From Candidatus Uhrbacteria bacterium (lineage in GTDB: Bacteria > Patescibacteriota > Patescibacteriia > UBA9934 > GWF2-40-263), in contig JACPHT010000006.1 in the NCBI GenBank assembly GCA_016188475.1, positions 2,330-66,329 on the forward strand: DNA of 64,000 bases, read 5' to 3'. Position numbers and translations under genes: made by a program. The notes beneath the pieces were generated by a model. That model searched no databases. It was not told the origin of the DNA and saw only the letters and a program-made list of their open reading frames with translations. Below, in pieces: positions 57,614 to 64,000 of this stretch (position 1 is the stretch's first letter; each line of letters begins with the position of its first letter).

Positions 57614-59140
57614 ATGACAACAAAGAATAAATATATGTCAACAAAATCAGAGATCATTGACGCGCTAAAAAAATCACTCGAACAGTTTCACGCTTCAGCA
57701 AAAGAGGAACAAGTCGGAACTGTGATAGCTGTTGGAGATGGCACTGCTCGCATGACAGGTCTTGAAAAAGCTCAAGCATCTGAAATGTTGGAATTTCCAA
57801 ACGGAGTTTTTGGAGTCGTACTTAACTTGGAAGAAGACAGTGTTGGAGCGGTTATTCTAGGTGACGCGTCAAAAATCAAAGAAGGCGACACGGTGAAAAC
57901 AACCGGACGCATTTTGTCTATTCCGGTTTCTGAAAACGTTCTTGGTCGCGTAATTGATCCACTTGGAAATCCAAAAGATGGAAAAGGCAAAATCGAAGCT
58001 CGTGAATTTTTCCCAATTGAAAAAGTTGCGCCAGGTGTAATGACTCGAAAATCCGTCGGTGTTCCACTTCAAACAGGAATCAAAGCGATTGACTCAATGA
58101 TTCCAATTGGCCGCGGACAACGCGAACTTATTATTGGAGATCGTCAAACTGGAAAAACCGCGATTGCTGTTGATACAATCATCAATCAAAAAGGGCAAAA
58201 CGTGAAATGTATTTACGTTGCTATTGGACAAAAAGAATCCAAGGTTGCAAAAATTGTCGCAAAACTTGAAGAAGCTGGCGCAATGGAATACACGACTGTT
58301 GTTGTGGCAGGTGCTTCTGATCCAGCATCGCTTTCTTACATCGCTCCGTTTTCTGGTTGTACAATCGGAGAATTTTTCATGGCAAAAGGTGAGGATGCTC
58401 TTGTGATTTACGATGACCTTTCAAAACAAGCTTGGGCGTATCGTGAAATTTCTTTGCTTCTTCGCCGACCGCCGGGTCGCGAAGCGTATCCGGGAGACGT
58501 TTTTTATCTTCACTCGCGTTTGCTTGAACGCGCCGCTCGTTTGAGTCCAGAAAACGGAGGAGGTTCACTCACTGCTCTTCCAATTATTGAAACTCAAGCC
58601 GGTGATGTTTCAGCTTATATTCCAACAAACGTTATTTCAATCACAGACGGTCAGATTTATCTTGAAAGCGATTTGTTTTATCGCGGAATTCGTCCGGCTT
58701 TGAACGTTGGCTTGTCAGTCTCGCGCGTTGGCTCATCTGCGCAAACAAAAGCAATGAAAAAAGTTGCAGGAAAATTGCGTTTGGATCTGGCGCAGTTTCG
58801 CGAGCTTGAAGCGTTCGCGCAATTTGCGACTGACCTCGATCCGCAAACTCGAGCACAAATCGAGCGCGGACGTCGCACAACTGAAATTTTGAAACAAAGA
58901 CAATATCAGCCAATTCCATTTGAAGAACAGGTTGCGATTATCTTTGCCGTTATCAATGGATTTTTGGATGAAGTGCCAGTTGATCAAGTTGTGAAATGGG
59001 AAATGGAGTTTCGTTCATATATGTTGTCGTCAGGCGCAGTAACTCTCAAAAAACTTCAGGACGAAAAAGCGATCAGTGACGAAATCGAGGCTCTGCTCAA
59101 AAAAGATATTACAAATTTTAATCAGACGTTTAAAGGTTAG
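57614..59140 (+). CDS. atpA: F0F1 ATP synthase subunit alpha
   Basis: Walker A GDRQTGKT and many conserved blocks. Confidence 0.95.
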   Translation: MTTKNKYMSTKSEIIDALKKSLEQFHASAKEEQVGTVIAVGDGTARMTGLEKAQASEMLEFPNGVFGVVLNLEEDSVGAVILGDASKIKEGDTVKTTGRILSIPVSENVLGRVIDPLGNPKDGKGKIEAREFFPIEKVAPGVMTRKSVGVPLQTGIKAIDSMIPIGRGQRELIIGDRQTGKTAIAVDTIINQKGQNVKCIYVAIGQKESKVAKIVAKLEEAGAMEYTTVVVAGASDPASLSYIAPFSGCTIGEFFMAKGEDALVIYDDLSKQAWAYREISLLLRRPPGREAYPGDVFYLHSRLLERAARLSPENGGGSLTALPIIETQAGDVSAYIPTNVISITDGQIYLESDLFYRGIRPALNVGLSVSRVGSSAQTKAMKKVAGKLRLDLAQFRELEAFAQFATDLDPQTRAQIERGRRTTEILKQRQYQPIPFEEQVAIIFAVINGFLDEVPVDQVVKWEMEFRSYMLSSGAVTLKKLQDEKAISDEIEALLKKDITNFNQTFKG

Positions 59141-59205
59141 ATATTCCCTGAGCGGAGACCAAATATTTCTTCGACAGGCTCAGTAAATATTTGGTCGTAG
59201 TCGAA
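59141..59205. repeat. IPE-1 copy between atpA and atpG
   Basis: ATATTCCCTGAGCGG...CTTCGACAGGCTCAGTAAATA... Confidence 0.55.
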
Positions 59206-59214
59206 GGGTACACT

Positions 59215-60132
59215 ATGGCTGTTCAAACTCGCGCAATCAAACGTCGCATAAAATCCGTTACCAATACTCGAAAGATTACGAAAGCGATGGAATTGGTCGC
59301 GGCAAGCAAAATGCGAAAAGCAGTCGGAGCAGTTTCTGCATCTCGACCATATTCGAAATTAGCATGGGACACAGTTCTTTCTGTTGGTGGAAAAATTGAT
59401 GCAACACTTCATCCTTTAATGCGACAAAGCGGAAAAGTTGAAAACGTTTTAATCTTGCTTCTCGCGTCAGATCGAGGACTTGCCGGAGGATACAACACAA
59501 ACGTAATCAAGTCTGCGATAAATGAGATACGAAGACTTGGCGACAGTGTAAAAAGTCAAACTATCTGTATTGGAAAACGTGGAGCTGACGCGATGCGACG
59601 AATCAAACAACCTGTTCTAGCAAGTTTCACTGAAATTACCAATAATCCAAAGTTTGAAGAAATTCTGCCGATCGGGAAAATGATAATAAATGAATTTAGC
59701 GATGGGAAATACGATAAAGTTTTACTTGTGTATACAGACTTTGTCAGTGCAATAAGTCAAAAACCACTTATACTTGAACTACTGCCATTTGGAGTACAAA
59801 AAAAATCTGAAGAGTTGGGAGAAACTAGTGAAGACAAAGGAGGGCAGAAAAAGACAAAGGAGGAAAAAGGAGATTACACTTTTGAACCAACACCGCGCGA
59901 AGTTCTAGACAAGATGTTGCCGAGATTGGTTGAAACAATGGTGTATCAAGCAGTTCTAGAAGCCGCGGCTTCAGAACATTCATCACGAATGTTCGCGATG
60001 AGAAGCGCGTCGGAAAATGCAGGAGAAATGATAGACGATCTTTCATTCACATTTAACCAAGCTCGTCAGGCTGGAATCACACAAGAGATCGCGGAAATAT
60101 CAAGCGGCAAGGCGGCACTAGAAGCAAAATAA
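59215..60132 (+). CDS. atpG: F0F1 ATP synthase subunit gamma
   Basis: MAVQTRAIKRRIKSVTNTRKITKAMELVAASKMRKA N-terminus; conserved C-terminal helix. Confidence 0.9.
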   Translation: MAVQTRAIKRRIKSVTNTRKITKAMELVAASKMRKAVGAVSASRPYSKLAWDTVLSVGGKIDATLHPLMRQSGKVENVLILLLASDRGLAGGYNTNVIKSAINEIRRLGDSVKSQTICIGKRGADAMRRIKQPVLASFTEITNNPKFEEILPIGKMIINEFSDGKYDKVLLVYTDFVSAISQKPLILELLPFGVQKKSEELGETSEDKGGQKKTKEEKGDYTFEPTPREVLDKMLPRLVETMVYQAVLEAAASEHSSRMFAMRSASENAGEMIDDLSFTFNQARQAGITQEIAEISSGKAALEAK

Positions 60133-61515
<1,383 letters not shown>

Positions 61516-61590
61516 TCGATCGTTTGTTTCAAAAGAGACAGTCTGATGTTAACTTTTGTTTATCGCTAAAGAGAAAGATTAAGATAATTT

Positions 61591-62028
61591 ATGCCTCTCA
61601 TACTTAAAATCGTCACACCAGAAAGAATCGTGTACGAAGACACGGTTGATTCGGTTTCTGTTATGACACAGATGGGAGAAATAACAATTTTGCCTGGACA
61701 CATTCCACTTGTTGCCAATCTTCAAGCTGGAGAATTACGCACAAAGAAAAATGGTGAAGAAATTTTTCTGGTTTCTTCCACTGGTTTTTTGGAAGTTCGG
61801 CCTGGAAATCAAGTTACGATTTTAGCTGACACTGCAGAACGGGTTGAAGAATTAGAGTTAGAAAAAATAGAGGTCGCAAAAGAGCGCGCAAGAAAAATGC
61901 TTGAAGAAAAACGAAACATCGATGATGTAGCATTTGCTGATGCGGCCGCAATGCTTGAACGAGAACTTGCCCGTGAACGAGTTGCAATCAAGAGAAAAAA
62001 ATATCGTGATGTTGGAAAACAGGATTAG
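61591..62028 (+). CDS. atpC: F0F1 ATP synthase subunit epsilon
   Basis: LKIVTPER...TILPGH N-terminal beta-sandwich and a C-terminal helical region. Confidence 0.8.
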   Translation: MPLILKIVTPERIVYEDTVDSVSVMTQMGEITILPGHIPLVANLQAGELRTKKNGEEIFLVSSTGFLEVRPGNQVTILADTAERVEELELEKIEVAKERARKMLEEKRNIDDVAFADAAAMLERELARERVAIKRKKYRDVGKQD

Positions 62029-62105
62029 AATTCCGTATTGACATGAAAACTGTTTCATGTTAGCAATGGGTTTCGAATCCAAATCTAATAAACCACGGAA
62101 GGAGT

Positions 62106-63188
62106 ATGTCTATGCCAAATGGTCTTGATCTGCACACAATGCCAATCGCTCAATTGCGATCTTGGCTTCTTGAGCACAATAGGCAACAGAGCGAGATTTT
62201 CTGTGAGCCTGACACCAAAGGGCTTCGCATGCAACATCGAGGCATGCATCCAACGGAATTCATGGCTTTGAAGTGCATGGACGGCCGTCTCAATCTGCCT
62301 CTTATCGCGCAGATTCCGCTTGGAATCGTTCAGCCATTGCGCGGACTTGGTGGAAAATTCGATCTTGGTTGGCCATACCTCGGTGAGGTTGTGACCGACT
62401 GGGTTCGTTACTCCATGGGAAAAGGTCGAGACTGTATTATCCTTGTCACATACCACTGGTCTCGCGGCGACAAGCATCGCGGTTGCCGTGGCTTTGGTTA
62501 TGATGAGGAAGCGGCACGAACTTACACTGTCGAATTTACCGCGCAAGTTGAGAGGATGTTCGGAAAACGACATACGACCGTATACCCAGTTCGGCTCGGC
62601 GTCGAAACCGACGAAGACGCTTTGGTTTTTCACGGTGCCAATGGAAAGGTCTTGGATCTTTCAAAGGCAGATGGATATACCGAAGCTGACCTACGTGTTG
62701 CGCTCATGGATCTATTCCCAGACATGAAACAACGCATGCTGGAGGATTTGCTTCCTCTTGCAGTTGGCAATGTTCGACACATCGCGGAAGTGCGAAAATC
62801 GAATCGGCCAATTGAGGAAGCAGAACACCGTGAGCGAATCATTGGCGCTGGAAGAGGGTTTGATTGGTTGCATATCTTGAACCTCGCGTTCTTGGTTGGC
62901 CCATTTGATCCTGATCTTGCAAAGCCGATTCGAACAGCGGCGAAACTCATTGCTGATAATCTCAAAGCTGGTCGTGTGCCAGATGATGGGATTGTTCTGC
63001 TCACTTGTGCTCCTTATCGTGAGGAAGCCGGATACGATGTTCCGCGCGCTACAGAGAAAGTCATTATGCTTTCAAGGTTTGCTTTGAGTGTGATCGAGGA
63101 CGAGGTTCCAGATCTGAAGGGTCGAGTTCACATGATCACTGGAATTGTGAACCAACACACGCGTAAACTAGATGAGGTCAGTCTCTAG
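62106..63188 (+). CDS. hypothetical protein (GC-rich island C), 360 aa
   Basis: About 52% GC. CMDGR and HRGCRGFG motifs are faintly reminiscent of beta-carbonic-anhydrase CxDxR/HxxCG, but do not match. Confidence 0.45.
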   Translation: MSMPNGLDLHTMPIAQLRSWLLEHNRQQSEIFCEPDTKGLRMQHRGMHPTEFMALKCMDGRLNLPLIAQIPLGIVQPLRGLGGKFDLGWPYLGEVVTDWVRYSMGKGRDCIILVTYHWSRGDKHRGCRGFGYDEEAARTYTVEFTAQVERMFGKRHTTVYPVRLGVETDEDALVFHGANGKVLDLSKADGYTEADLRVALMDLFPDMKQRMLEDLLPLAVGNVRHIAEVRKSNRPIEEAEHRERIIGAGRGFDWLHILNLAFLVGPFDPDLAKPIRTAAKLIADNLKAGRVPDDGIVLLTCAPYREEAGYDVPRATEKVIMLSRFALSVIEDEVPDLKGRVHMITGIVNQHTRKLDEVSL

Positions 63189-63216
63189 CACCCATAACGG
63201 GTGCTTTTTCTTTTTT
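63188..63216 (+). terminator. rho-independent terminator (gcaccc-ataac-gggtgc + T-run)
   Basis: Immediately after the 62106..63188 stop. Confidence 0.5.
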
Positions 63217-63225
63217 CTGTCATCT

Positions 63226-63310
63226 AGAGCGATTTGTGTCATGTCTCCGTGCCAACGGACTCTTCGCCGTTGTTCACTCCGACATGGCACAAACCGCTCT
63301 TTTTGGTCTT
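63226..63310 (+). repeat. long structured hairpin with the same conserved core as 51575-51676
   Basis: Outer stem agagcgatttgtgtcatgtc / gacatggcacaaaccgctct. Core tccgtGCCAACGg...ctcttCGCCGTTGTTCact. T-runs follow. Confidence 0.45.
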
Positions 63311-63314
63311 TTTA

Positions 63315-63343
63315 TTGACAAAAGATCAGGAAAGCGGTAATCT
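63315..63343 (+). promoter_or_regulatory. candidate sigma-70 promoter TTGACA-17-TAATCT
   Basis: TTGACA at 63315-63320 and TAATCT at 63338-63343, upstream of an AAGGGGAG SD and the ATG at 63393. Confidence 0.35.
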
Positions 63344-63392
63344 CGTCACGGTTGTTCTACAAAGTCGAATAAAAGAAGGGGAGAAAGAGACA

Positions 63393-64000
63393 ATGTCAGA
63401 GAGGGTCATGGATTCAGCTGATCTCGGGTTCCTGGTCAAGATGGTCAAAGATGGTGTCCTAAAACCGACTGACATGGGCAAAGAACATGTGTTCAAGGCC
63501 TTCTGTACCGACCTTACTGCCAAACCTTCAATCATCGTCTGCTGTAGCGAGTACGTTTCGCAAGAGAAATTCGCGGAAGGTTCAATCGTGATCGCTGTGC
63601 TCGGAGGCGCGGTGAGGCTTGCCGATGGAAACATGATGAGTGTTCACAGTGATACAGCACCCTCGTTTTTGCGACGACAGATCAAGGAAGCAACAAAGAG
63701 CTGGCCTCATCTTCATGTCGTCCTGATTGTGGATGCTCCTTGCAGCGCACTCGACACCGAAGGTCCGCTGGATGTCGTTCAACAGATTCGCGACATGATC
63801 AGTGGATTGGAAGTTTCCGACCTCGACACAAAAACCGAAGTTTCTTGCTTCCTTCGCATCAACACATCAGCGGGCGGCACTTACTACAGAATTGAACAGG
63901 GTCTCTGGACGCTGTGGTACTCGAACTACGAGGTCGACGTTCTCGGACATGAAGACGATCCTGATCCTGGAGCGGCTGTCGCTGGCGACGATTGCGTCAC
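63393..64000 (+). CDS. hypothetical protein (GC-rich island C), 3' end beyond the window
   Basis: Strong SD (AAGGGGAG) 7 nt upstream of the ATG. ORF runs to the window edge. No recognised motifs. Confidence 0.45.
   Translation, partial: MSERVMDSADLGFLVKMVKDGVLKPTDMGKEHVFKAFCTDLTAKPSIIVCCSEYVSQEKFAEGSIVIAVLGGAVRLADGNMMSVHSDTAPSFLRRQIKEATKSWPHLHVVLIVDAPCSALDTEGPLDVVQQIRDMISGLEVSDLDTKTEVSCFLRINTSAGGTYYRIEQGLWTLWYSNYEVDVLGHEDDPDPGAAVAGDDCV

Overview
This window looks like a low-GC, small-genome bacterium, probably CPR/Patescibacteria-like (inferred from compact genes, a Lys-rich RpoD N-terminus, giant repetitive surface-protein genes and few metabolic genes). Core genes I can support: rpoD, an ECF sigma/anti-sigma pair, a DEAD-box helicase, cspA, HtrA, two CheY-like receivers, a PAS histidine kinase, pepA, peroxiredoxin, Fe/Mn SOD, rsmI, metG, tatD, and a complete F1Fo ATP synthase operon (atpZ-like, atpB, E, F, H, A, G, D, C). 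Four features stand out. First, a tRNA, most likely tRNA-Asn(GUU), interrupted in its anticodon loop by a 244-nt group I intron with recognisable P, Q, R and S elements. Second, an abutting 5-kb low-GC accessory cassette with six tightly packed genes: an XRE regulator, an N6-adenine DNA methyltransferase, a T5orf172/GIY-YIG-like protein, a DUF262-HNH nuclease, a 4-TM membrane protein and a ComEC-like MBL hydrolase. This cassette is bracketed by about 190-bp near-perfect inverted repeats; its outer boundary is exactly the tRNA CCA end. It is the best candidate for an undescribed R-M/defence-type system. Third, a roughly 12-kb giant surface-protein locus (22478-34509) built from tandem Ig/FN3-like domains; it carries two +1 homopolymer frameshifts, one in-frame TAA, and three near-identical internal segments. 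Fourth, four high-GC ORFan islands, two intergenic palindromic repeat families (one intrudes between ATP-synthase genes), and a family of long hairpin terminators with a conserved core. No rRNA genes, CRISPR array, transposase or integrase were recognised.
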